Source: a virus (lineage: Duplodnaviria; Caudoviricetes). From it: a DNA stretch of 25,755 bases. This document shows positions 1-10,200 of this stretch, piece by piece. A model generated the notes under the pieces. That model saw nothing but the letters and a program-made list of their open reading frames with translations. It was not told the DNA's origin and ran no database searches. The position numbers and the translations under genes are program-made. The DNA is taken from positions 1-25,755 of the IMG/VR virus record IMGVR_UViG_3300020459_000057. One strand, given 5' to 3'. The stretch's first letter is position 1. Each line of letters starts with the position of its first letter.

Positions 1-1
1 C

Positions 2-745
2 TGGAAAGAACTGATCAGTGAAGTAGGTGGTCAGACTATTCAAGGTGCTCTCACTGTAACAGGTAATCTTACAGTACAAGGCACTACAACTAGAATCAAT
101 ACAACCGATTTAGATGTCTCTGATTCTATAATAAGACTAAGAACTGGTCAGAGTGTTTCTGCTGGAGTAGGTGGTATATCTGTTGTTCAAACTACTGACG
201 CTTCAAGTGCAGTTACTTCAGAAAGAACAATACGTTATAACAATACTGGTTCTAAGTGGGAAATAACTAATGATGGAACTAATTTCTTAGAGGTTTCTAC
301 TGGTGACTCATCCAGTAAAGCAGATCTTGCAACAGCTAATACCTTTGCTGGTAATAACACATTTACAGGTCGTGTAGATTTTCAAGATATAAGAGAAACA
401 GTTACAGATATAACTCTAAGTTCAGATGCAGGAACTGCTAATTATACATCTGGAGAAATATTTTATATTGATGCATCTGGAGCTGGTGCAAACCTAACAA
501 TAGATGCAACTAATATTCCTACTGATAATGGTAAGATATTGAACCTTACATTTATTGTTTCTCAAGGTGGTACTGGAAGAACGATTGGAACATTCAAGAT
601 TGATGGAACTACAATAACAGTAAAGAATATAGGAGCCGCAGCACCTACTCCAACAAATAGTGCTATAGATGTTTTCTCATATAGTTTATTGAGAAGAGGT
701 GATGCATGGACAGTACTTGCAGGAAATGCAGTAAACTTCGCTTAA
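2..745 (+). CDS. Tail fibre / virion structural protein, C-terminal part (5' truncated by the window edge)
   Basis: Frame 2 is open from nt 2 to TAA at 743-745 (WKELISEVGGQTIQGALTVTGNLTVQGTTTRINTTDLDVSDSII...DVFSYSLLRRGDAWTVLAGNAVNFA). The 68-aa track ORF is only its tail. It is Thr/Gly/Ser-rich, with the GNLTVxGTTTxxxxTxLxVxD motif typical of marine T4-like fibre proteins. Confidence 0.8.
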   Translation, partial: WKELISEVGGQTIQGALTVTGNLTVQGTTTRINTTDLDVSDSIIRLRTGQSVSAGVGGISVVQTTDASSAVTSERTIRYNNTGSKWEITNDGTNFLEVSTGDSSSKADLATANTFAGNNTFTGRVDFQDIRETVTDITLSSDAGTANYTSGEIFYIDASGAGANLTIDATNIPTDNGKILNLTFIVSQGGTGRTIGTFKIDGTTITVKNIGAAAPTPTNSAIDVFSYSLLRRGDAWTVLAGNAVNFA

Positions 746-756
746 GGAATTAGATC

Positions 757-1947
757 ATGCCACTTTTATCTAGAACAGGATCAGTATATGGAAGTATGTT
801 GCCTATTGGTAGGGCAGCAGGTGGGGGACCTTGGGAAAATGATGGATCAACTTGGAGTAGTTATGTAAGTGGTGGTCCATTTGATATTGCAAAGACAAAG
901 GCATTTGATACTGCTCATGGTACTGTTAATGAAGGAGATTGTCTGAGAACAACAAACAATGCTCCTATGGTTACTATGGATCTATCAGGTAATCCACAGT
1001 GGATAGATGAAAGTATATACATTGCAGCGAATACTGATTATTCTTCTTGGATGGAAATTACTGTTGATGGAACTGTATATACACAAACTCCGTCAAATGG
1101 AAAATATACTTGGAACCTCAGTGGATCTCTTACACAGGTTAGAATACAGAATGATAATGTCAATGGTAGAACATACTTAGAGGGAATAAAAATTGATGGT
1201 CAGTGGATGGTTGATGGACTTACTGGACAATATGATCCACTACCTTCTGTTGATTTCAATGGAGTTGATCAGAGTTTAGAGATGGCAGCAACAAATGGTA
1301 ATTTGAATTTTGCTGCTGATGTTCCAGTTACAATTGAATTTTTTGTCAAGTTGGATACTTTTACACAAGACGATCATCCTTATCAAACTATGGTAGGAAG
1401 ATGGCACGGTAGTAATGGTTATTGTTGGTTGATTGATACTGATGCTGGTCAAGGTGACGTTAACCTTTATCTTGGTAATGTAAGTGGTGGTTACGTTGGA
1501 TCTATTCATGCTCCTAATAACAGTATCCCCGACAGAGGTTGGCATCATATAGCTTGTGTCAAGATAAGTAATGCTACATCAAATTCTGGAAAGATTTATG
1601 TTGATGGTAGTGAAGTAGCATCTGGTAATTGGCAATGGGGTAACACTAATACAGCAACAGATGTACAGGTAGGAAATAATAATACTAATCATGGTTCTTC
1701 TCTTAATGGGCATATATCTAATTTCAGAGTAACTGTTGGTCAAGCACTTTATACTTCTAATTTTACAGCACCAACATCACCTCTTACAACTACTTCTCAA
1801 GGAGCAACTGCTTCTAATGTGAAAATTTTAATGTGTCAAGATACTGATCCTACAGTTGGAGCAGTAACCACAGGAACGATTACAAATCTTGGAAGTACTC
1901 CAACAGCAAAGGATAGTCCATTCCCTGCTTCATATTACAGTAGTTAA
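757..1947 (+). CDS. Concanavalin A-like lectin/glucanase (LamG-like) domain virion protein, putative adhesin
   Basis: C-terminal motifs TIEFFVK, WHHIACVK, KIYVDGSEV and GHISNFRVTVGQALYTSNFTAPTSPLT match LamG-like domains of cyanophage structural proteins. SD-like AAGGAA lies upstream. Confidence 0.75.
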   Translation: MPLLSRTGSVYGSMLPIGRAAGGGPWENDGSTWSSYVSGGPFDIAKTKAFDTAHGTVNEGDCLRTTNNAPMVTMDLSGNPQWIDESIYIAANTDYSSWMEITVDGTVYTQTPSNGKYTWNLSGSLTQVRIQNDNVNGRTYLEGIKIDGQWMVDGLTGQYDPLPSVDFNGVDQSLEMAATNGNLNFAADVPVTIEFFVKLDTFTQDDHPYQTMVGRWHGSNGYCWLIDTDAGQGDVNLYLGNVSGGYVGSIHAPNNSIPDRGWHHIACVKISNATSNSGKIYVDGSEVASGNWQWGNTNTATDVQVGNNNTNHGSSLNGHISNFRVTVGQALYTSNFTAPTSPLTTTSQGATASNVKILMCQDTDPTVGAVTTGTITNLGSTPTAKDSPFPASYYSS

Positions 1948-1954
1948 CTAAATA
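1947..1954 (+). promoter_or_regulatory. T4-like late promoter (ACTAAATA)
   Basis: Intergenic variant of the gp55-dependent TATAAATA box, 13 nt before ATG 1968. Confidence 0.6.
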
Positions 1955-1967
1955 AAAGGAAAAAGCT

Positions 1968-2933
1968 ATGGCTTATATTGGTAATATACCAAAGACAGGT
2001 AATCAAAGAAAAATTGATTTTCCATTAGATAGAGTTGGAGGAGGTGCTGGATTCAACGGTTCTTCCCTGCAATTTTATCTAAAGGTTGGTGGTGATCCAG
2101 TATATCCAGGTGCTTATCAAGTTCTTGTTGTGATCAATGGTGTCATAAAGGAACCAGCAAATCATTATAATATCAATAATGATCTGTTAGTATTCACTGC
2201 AGGAAATGCTCCACAAAGTTCAGATACTTTCTTTGCAGTAGTTCTTGGTGATCGTCTTGATGTTGGAACCGTTTCTGATGCAAGTATAATCGCAACTAAG
2301 ATTGTTGATGGAACAATCACAAATGATAAAATTGGTAATCTGCAAATTGATGCCAATAAGTTGGCTAATGATTCCGTCCAAACGGTTAAGATCAAAGACA
2401 ATAATGTAACCGCAGCTAAGTTAGATCAGACTACTGGTGCAGTTACACCTCCCACATTGAATCTTGGAGGATATGCTCCTAGTTCATTACCTAATGCACA
2501 AAGGGTTGGTCAAATCGCTGCGGATACAAACGGTGATTATTATCTTACAAAAGAAGTAAGTGGATCAGTTGCGTGGACACCACTAGTAAATCAAGAGACT
2601 ATTCTGTCTTATGTTGGATATGGTTCCGCAGTAAACACGTCTACATTTACTATTGACGGAAGCACTAACAAACTAAATAGCAATTATATGCTAGACAGCA
2701 CAGCTGGTGCATATACTATTAATATTTCAGCTGCTCCTACTATAGGAAGTTTCATCAGATTGGTTGATGTTACAAATAAATGGAGTATAAATAATATTAC
2801 TGTGGATGCTAGTGCGTCAAGCAAAGAATTCAAAGATTATTTGGATTCAGTAGACTCAGAACTTCTTCTTGACACTAATGGTTGGGAAGTTCTTCTTGTA
2901 TATAATGGAGTAAACTGGAAAATAGTTACATAA
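1968..2933 (+). CDS. Baseplate/fibre-associated structural protein with 10-aa repeats and a C-terminal T4 gp9/gp10-like domain
   Basis: Starts MAYIGNIP, followed by an FNGS...LVVINGVIKEP...YNI...LVFT..AP module and 10-residue I/VxxxKI/L repeats. The C-terminal YMLDSTAGAYTINISAAPTIGSFIRLVDVTNKWSINNITV resembles the gp9/gp10 N-domain motif. Confidence 0.65.
   Translation: MAYIGNIPKTGNQRKIDFPLDRVGGGAGFNGSSLQFYLKVGGDPVYPGAYQVLVVINGVIKEPANHYNINNDLLVFTAGNAPQSSDTFFAVVLGDRLDVGTVSDASIIATKIVDGTITNDKIGNLQIDANKLANDSVQTVKIKDNNVTAAKLDQTTGAVTPPTLNLGGYAPSSLPNAQRVGQIAADTNGDYYLTKEVSGSVAWTPLVNQETILSYVGYGSAVNTSTFTIDGSTNKLNSNYMLDSTAGAYTINISAAPTIGSFIRLVDVTNKWSINNITVDASASSKEFKDYLDSVDSELLLDTNGWEVLLVYNGVNWKIVT
2268..2423 (+). 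repeat. Five tandem ~10-aa repeats (VSDASIIATK/IVDGTITNDK/IGNLQIDANK/LANDSVQTVK/IKDNNVTAAKL)
   Basis: A K followed by I/L recurs every 10 residues in the translation. The nucleotide copies are diverged. Confidence 0.75.
2786..2793 (+). promoter_or_regulatory. Possible gene-internal late promoter (TATAAATA)
   Basis: Perfect T4 late consensus about 145 nt upstream of ATG 2938. A second box, ACTAAATA, lies at 2672-2679. Confidence 0.4.
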
Positions 2934-2937
2934 AGCT

Positions 2938-3318
2938 ATGGCAATTAAGTTATCAGAAATAGCAGCAAGAGGCGGTGGTGGCGGTGGTTCCGTATCATGG
3001 GACTTTCATGCAGTCAATCGTGACGCTGACGGTATGCTTACGTATACTAAAACTACGAGTTCTGACACTGATGTCGTAGATCTTATGAGCGAACCTACTT
3101 TAGATGCTAACGGAGATATGATTTTCCGTACTATGGATGACTATACAGTCGAAGAGTATGGCACTAATGCAGGTGTTGCGATAACTAAACATGCAAATGA
3201 TACTTACTACCAGCACAAGTGGGACTCAAGAAGTTTATCATATTTCATCGATGATGAAGGATATCTCGTAGCCCGTATGGGATCAGCTTACGATTATAAC
3301 ACAAACGGACCTAAGTAA
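2938..3318 (+). CDS. Hypothetical protein, probably virion-associated
   Basis: 126-aa ORF packed tightly between structural genes (4-5 nt gaps). It has a short N-terminal segment, a poly-Gly linker and two similar hairpin motifs (RDADGMLTY and FIDDEGYLVA). Confidence 0.65.
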   Translation: MAIKLSEIAARGGGGGGSVSWDFHAVNRDADGMLTYTKTTSSDTDVVDLMSEPTLDANGDMIFRTMDDYTVEEYGTNAGVAITKHANDTYYQHKWDSRSLSYFIDDEGYLVARMGSAYDYNTNGPK

Positions 3319-3323
3319 CCAAA

Positions 3324-4223
3324 ATGGCAGATTTTAGACTTGGCAGATTAAAATTTAAATGGAAAGGTGATTGGGTAGCCAGCACAGCTTATGTCATCGA
3401 TGACATCGTAAAGTTTGGTGCTAATAGCTACGTAGCAACCACCAACCACACTTCAGCAGCAAGTGCTGATGTTTTTTATTCTGACGCAAACGGTGTTTCC
3501 AAATGGGGATTACATCTAGAGGGAGTAAAGAATGTAGGAGAGTGGACAGCATCTACTTTCTATAAATTGAATGATGTTGTCAAATATGGTAACACGTTAT
3601 ACCTAGTTACTGTTGGACATTCATCAACGTCCACATTCGACTCAACAAAGTTTTCTGAATATGTTGGGGGATTCCAATTTGAAGATAGTTGGAGTAACCT
3701 AACAGCGTATCAACCAGGAGATGTCGTCTCCTTTGGTGGATACACTTATATTGCAAAGCAATCCAATAACAATAAGCAACCCAATACGTATTTGAATGCT
3801 CCCAATGATATCTGGGATATTCTAACGACTGGGTTTTCTGTTGTTGGTACATATGATAATCTGGTCACTTATGCTCCAGGTAATGTCGTTCAGTTTGGTG
3901 GTTATGCGTATTCCGCAAAAACAACTACCGTTGGTGTTGCACCAAATCAATCTGGACAAACATCATGGGATCTCGTTATAAAAGGTTTTGAATGGAAAGG
4001 TGTGTGGTCAACAGTTACCGCATATTATCCAGGCGACGTGGTTTTTAAAGCACCGAGCACTTATATAAATATAGAAGAATCGACTAATAACGACCCTGCT
4101 ACTGCCACTACTAAGTGGTCAATGTTTACTGAAGGTACTAATTCCGCATCTTTGGTAACGCAGAATCAACTAAAAGCTGTAGATACGAAAGCTCTAGGCT
4201 ACGCAATCACTTTTGGTTTATAA
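3324..4223 (+). CDS. Virion structural protein with five CBM5/12-like (chitin-binding type 3) repeats
   Basis: Five units of xGxWxxxTxYxxxDxVxxGxxxY: WKGDWVASTAYVIDDIVKFG, VGEWTASTFYKLNDVVKYG, EDSWSNLTAYQPGDVVSFG, VGTYDNLVTYAPGNVVQFG and WKGVWSTVTAYYPGDVVFK. Confidence 0.75.
   Translation: MADFRLGRLKFKWKGDWVASTAYVIDDIVKFGANSYVATTNHTSAASADVFYSDANGVSKWGLHLEGVKNVGEWTASTFYKLNDVVKYGNTLYLVTVGHSSTSTFDSTKFSEYVGGFQFEDSWSNLTAYQPGDVVSFGGYTYIAKQSNNNKQPNTYLNAPNDIWDILTTGFSVVGTYDNLVTYAPGNVVQFGGYAYSAKTTTVGVAPNQSGQTSWDLVIKGFEWKGVWSTVTAYYPGDVVFKAPSTYINIEESTNNDPATATTKWSMFTEGTNSASLVTQNQLKAVDTKALGYAITFGL
4064..4071 (+). promoter_or_regulatory. Possible gene-internal late promoter (TATAAATA) serving the 2112-aa gene
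   Basis: Perfect consensus about 190 nt upstream of ATG 4263. The 4224-4262 intergenic gap contains no late box. Confidence 0.45.
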
Positions 4224-4262
4224 ACTCTACCCCTCCGTTACATAAAGACTTAGGAAAGCAAA

Positions 4263-7200
4263 ATGGCAAAGAAACTACTTTACGATTATACGTTTGATGC
4301 ATCAGCAAGAACAGTGGCTATAGCAGGTCACGTTGATGTCAGAAAACTTTTATTCATCAATAACGCCACAAGAGGCACAACAATTTATGCCTTAGGTGAT
4401 GCAGACCTAAAGGTTACAAATACAGCGTATGACGCTATAACAGATATAACAACTTATACTCTGACGTATGACACTTCTAGTGCAAGTCATGCTGACGCAG
4501 ATAAGTTACAAATTTTTATTGATGAAGAAGGTGCAGAGTTTAAACCAACGGAAACGTTTGTTGATCCTGTCAGTAAACTAAGAGTATCAAACCCAAACAC
4601 CCTAATTGACACTGACTTTGAATATAGTCTTCAGTCAACTAAGTGGGAAACACTAGAAAGAATTCACCAAATTCCTTCATTCTATTCATCTACAGGAGAC
4701 GTTCCTCTTGGAGATGTAAAATCAATTACTTCAGTCAATGGAAGTAAGGATATCACCATCAAGACTAATGGGGTACACGGTCTTGTAAATGGTATTCCAC
4801 TTGATATCAGAGGTCTTACACAACAGTCTGCAGAAGGTACATTCATAATCAAGGCTGTTCCCGATGATCAGTCATTCGTTTATGAAGCAAATACTGATCA
4901 GACATTTACAGGAGATATAAGTACTGTTTATGCTAACGTAATTATTGGTAGATTCTACGTTGGTTCTCAGTTATCTCTTGGAGAGTATTCTGCTGTTACT
5001 ACAAACGCAGCAGCACAAAGTACCCTAACAATCAAGACTCCAGTAAAGTCTAACTATGCAAAAGGTACTCAGTTCTATATTACTAACTCTATTGCTGTAA
5101 AACGTAAAGAGTTTGATGGTAGAGCATTTACTTCTGGTGGTGGAGTTGATTTCTCACCAACCATTTCATATAAAGAAACTACACAGATGATTCTGTGGAA
5201 GCCTGAAGGAACAGATACTGAACAGTTCCTTGTTCCAAGTGCTTCATATATGAACTCTACTACTAACACAATTACTCATTATGTTAATAGTGTAGAGACT
5301 AATCATGGTCTAAAGACTGGTGACTTTATGTTCCTGTCTTATGTAAACGGTAACGTTACTGGTTTTAGTTCTGCAGGTACTTCAGGTACTAGTGCAACAT
5401 CTACTAACGGTGGTAACGGTATTTACTATGTTATCAAAGTTACTGATTCAACTTATAAACTTGCATCAAGTCCAACAAACTGTGCTGCAGGAACTCCAGT
5501 AAGTTTCACTTTGAGTGATACTGGACAGTCAGCAACGCAACTTGAGATGAAATTATTTGGTAGAGGATATTCTTCTACTGTTATGAACCCATATGAGTTT
5601 GATGTTATTGAGTGTGGAGATATTAATGACACAGCGTTTGGTAGGAGACAGAGATTCTTCTTCCCTGAGTCAATCGATACTTCACAGTATACAATTACAA
5701 TTCCTAATCACCAATTCAAGGATGGACAACCTGTAATATTCCAGAGGGGTCCTTCTCCAAATAGTACTCCTAGTAGTTGGAGTGATCAGTATTGTTACTA
5801 CATTGAGTATGTTGATGCTGATACAGTAAAACTATGTACTTCATTCAACTCACGAGATCCTAACCATGATGGTCCTTACTATGGTGCTGGTGTAAGTAGT
5901 ATAGCATCAGTTGGAAACCAAGGAAACTTATATACTTGGGGTACTCCATTCTCACTATGGCCTGCTATCAAGTGTGCTAGAGATATTACCAACAACGCAT
6001 CTGGTGGTGTACAAAACTCCGTTTCTTGGTATAACAGGAACAGAATTATTTGTGAGCACTCAGTTGTAAACTTCGTAGAAGGAGATAAGATCTGCTTTAG
6101 ATCTAGAAGTAGTGTTCCAGGTAATATACAGGACACTCCAAATAACTATGACTATAATATGGATGAGAGAACTTACTATGTAAGATATCCAGCCATCAAC
6201 CAGTCAGTTTCAACTAAGAACTTTGAGTTCTCAGTTTCAAGAACTCCTAATGGTCCTATTCATGATATTAGTGATTGGCCAAACACAGAGCATTGCTTTG
6301 TTTTCAAGATTGAAACAGTATCTACTGCTAATACTTGGTATTCACCTCAGCACGGATTCACTACTAACCAAGACGGAGACCCAGATTACTGGCTCCAGTA
6401 TCGTTTCGACTCCAACAACTCTGTTGGTTCTTCGGTAGGTAACATGAGTTCAAACTATTGGTACTGGATGATTCCTGTTACTAATAACCACTTCAGAGTT
6501 GCTCTTGCATCTAGTGATGGAAGTAACAACCAGCCTTTCAGTAGTGGAAGACCTTATCCTAACCAATATCCACAACACAGAGCGAACTCATATATCATCA
6601 ACCTCACCCACTTTAGTGGTGATGGAACGAACTTCAGACATAAGTTCCGTGGTGATAATATAGGTAATCCATTCCTTGATACATTCAAGATTGATAATCA
6701 TGGATTCTCAGAAGGTAATGCTGTAAGGTATAACTCTAATGGAAACCCTGTTATTGGAGGTCTTCAGAATGGAGCAACCTACTACTGTAGAAATGTAAGT
6801 ACAGATAGATTTGAACTTTCAGATTCTTATGGTGGTACTAGACTAAACATATCCTCTGCTTCTGCTACATCATCTCCAAACCATTACTTTGAAGATACTT
6901 CTGCAAAGGGTTCTATTGATGGTGCGTATGAAATTACTGCTAAGAATGCAGATGGACTAAATTATGACATGGCGACCAATACACAGATCTTTGGTAAGAC
7001 TCTTGTATTCTACCCACAACAAACATGTGACCTCAAGAGAGGATGGTTCTACATCAAGGATCACGGTCTAAAAACTGGTACTGCTGTTCTATACACAGTT
7101 CCTTCAGGTGGTACAGCAATTGGTAGTAATCCATTACCATCTACTGCACAACAGTCTGCAGGTTATTCATACATGACTCATGATACTACGTATTATGTAC

Positions 7201-10200
7201 GTAGGATTTCAAGAAACTGGTTCGCACTTGCTACTACTGAAGCTAATGCTCAGAATGACGTTACTGTAAAAGAGTACTTCAACTTAGGTAATGATCAGAA
7301 TGATAACTATCAGCATACACTTTATGCAAGTTCAGTCTTCGGTGAAGTAGTTGGTTCTGGTCGTATAACATATACTACTAGGGATAAAACTTGGGATGGA
7401 TCTAATCAAAGTAATGTAAACACATACTCAAACTACGTAACAATTGGTTCTCACCAATTCCAAAGTGGTGACTATGTTGAATACAACGGATTCTCTGGTG
7501 CTACAGCAATCAAAGGTCTAGACTTCGGTGAGAAGTATTACATCCACAGATGGGGTAGTTCTACTATTTCATTCCACAAGAAGAGAAATGATGCACGAAG
7601 AAGAAGAAATTCTATCAAACTATTCGGTGCAGGAACAGGAACCTTACACCAGGTAAGATACGCTCAGAACGTTCTGAAAGGAACGCAAGATAGAGGACGT
7701 TGGAACTCTTCAACAGAATACTTTGTTGGAGATATTGTAACTCAACAGTATAACGACTCTCAGAGTCAACCACATGATTACTATTATGTTGCTAGTCAAG
7801 ACTCCTTGGATAACTGGGATGACTTGAGATATGATTATTCAGATTCTAATAACACAGGTCAAACACCACCCAACAGTCTTGGAAATAACTGGTGGAGACG
7901 TTTGAGTGACTATCAGCAACAGACTGGTGGATCTACAGGTGGATCACTAGAAACAAATATGATCAACCAGTACACTCCTGGTGAGCATGTTCTCCTAGAC
8001 GATGAGCGTCTATGTGGATATCAGTATGGATATGGATATTGGAGTTACTCTAATGTAGACAACGGTGGTACTTATGTAAACACACCTGGTTCTAACTATC
8101 ACAACTTCAGAATGGCAGATGCTGTTCACTACAGAAATGAAGGTAAGTGGTATGCACTAGAGCAACAAGTAACTACACTACCTACCGATTACGGTGGATT
8201 AGAAGATGGAAGCATCTATTTCGTCAACGTTGTTGATTACTATAGATTCTCCCTACACCAAAGTCCTGATGAAGCAAGACAAGGTATTAACGCAATTACA
8301 TTAGCATATGCTTCTGGTAACAGTTCTTACTATAACCAGCATAGATTCTACAGAATGGAACCTGATATCGTTCCTATCAAAATTATCTCTATCTCTGACC
8401 AGAATGAGATGACTGTGGAAGAACCTTCAACACCTCGTGTGATTGAATTCGACCCACAGGAAAACGCACAAACTGATATCACTCCACAAACAACCGTTAC
8501 GGTTTGTGATACTAACAACGAAATGTTCTTCTTGAAGACAGTTGAAGGTGTCGAAGGTGCTAATGGTGGTAAAGGTGGTGGACTGTATTATGGTTGGGAT
8601 AAGTATATGAGAACAGGTACAAGGGTTATCTACTCTCATGATACCGAAGATAGTGCTATCAACGGATTCTCAAAAGACTATAACTACTTCGTTATAAACA
8701 TGAACAATGGTTACTACAGATTTGCTGGTAACGGAACCAATGGTTCATCATATAGACAGTATGCATACTCTGGTAACTATGTAAGTTTCAGTGATACAGG
8801 ACAAGGTAACAACCACACTTGGACTATTTGTACTGAGAACTACAACAACCACAACTATATACTTCCTACGAATGTATATGTCAAACCAAGTTCTTATGCG
8901 TTGCATAGACCGTTTGATGGTGGTGTAGAGATCAATCCAGGTAAGTCTGCTGACTCATCAATTGTTAGACAGACACGTAGATACTTCCGTTACCAGTCTG
9001 GTAAAGGTTTACAGTACTCAACTGCTACAAACTTCAATCCACCTTTGGAAACGAAGTCTATAACTGGTGGTACTGATGCAAGTTCTAATCCTAACTGTAC
9101 AATCGTAACAAGGAGACCTCATTTCCTTAACGTTGGTGATTTCATCTCATTAGAAGATGTAACCGTTTCTGGTGGTACTAACCATTATCTTGTTAGTAAT
9201 GCCGAAGTTGCTACAGTAACAGATGAATTTACATTCACATATCTACTTGCTGGAACACCTTCAGATGCGACACCTGCTGGATTCCCAACACTTCATAAGA
9301 ATGGTTGGAACAATGCTGTTGTTCGTGCTGGTATGTTTGATGACCAGAATGGATTCTTCTTTGAGTATGATGGTCAAAACCTCATGGCTGTTAGAAGATC
9401 TTCTACACAACAAACTGCTGGTTCAGTAAGTGCTAGTTATGAGTCACAGATAATAACTGGTAATGGAACATCATTTACTAAGCAACTCGCTGTTGATGAT
9501 TACATAGTTCTACGTGGTATGTCTTATAAGGTTGCATACATTCAGTCTGATACTGAGTTGTATATGACCACAGCATATAGAGGTCAGTCTTCTACTAATA
9601 TCATAATGACGAAGACAGTTGATACTAAGACTCCTTCTTCTGCATTCAACCTTGATAAGTGCGATGGCACAGGTCAAAGTGGATTTGAATTGAACACTAA
9701 GAGACTACAGATGGCATACATCGATTACTCTTGGTACGGTGGTGGTAAGATCCGCTACGGATTCAAAGATCAGCATGGTAGAGTATTCTACGCTCACCAG
9801 TATGTTCACAGTAACATATTCAACGAAGCATACTTCAGATCTGGTAACTTACCAGCACGTTATGAAGTAAGTACTATTGGAGATAGAGAAACTGGTAGTA
9901 AGTTCTCTCCATCACTATTCCACTGGGGTGCTTCAGTTATTATGGATGGTCAGTTTGAAGATGATAAGGCATACTTATTCTCTGCTGCTGCTGACACAAC
10001 CTACCTACTTGACCAGAAAGAGGACGGTGACGAAGATCAGGCAAACAGGATCTATCCTATGCTAAGTATCAGACTATCACCATCTGTTGACGCAGGTGTC
10101 AAGGGTAACATTGGTACACGTGATCTAATCAACCGAATGCAACTTCAGTTGAAGGCGGTTTCAATTACGTTATCTGATGGTAGTTCATCTGTTGGTTCTG

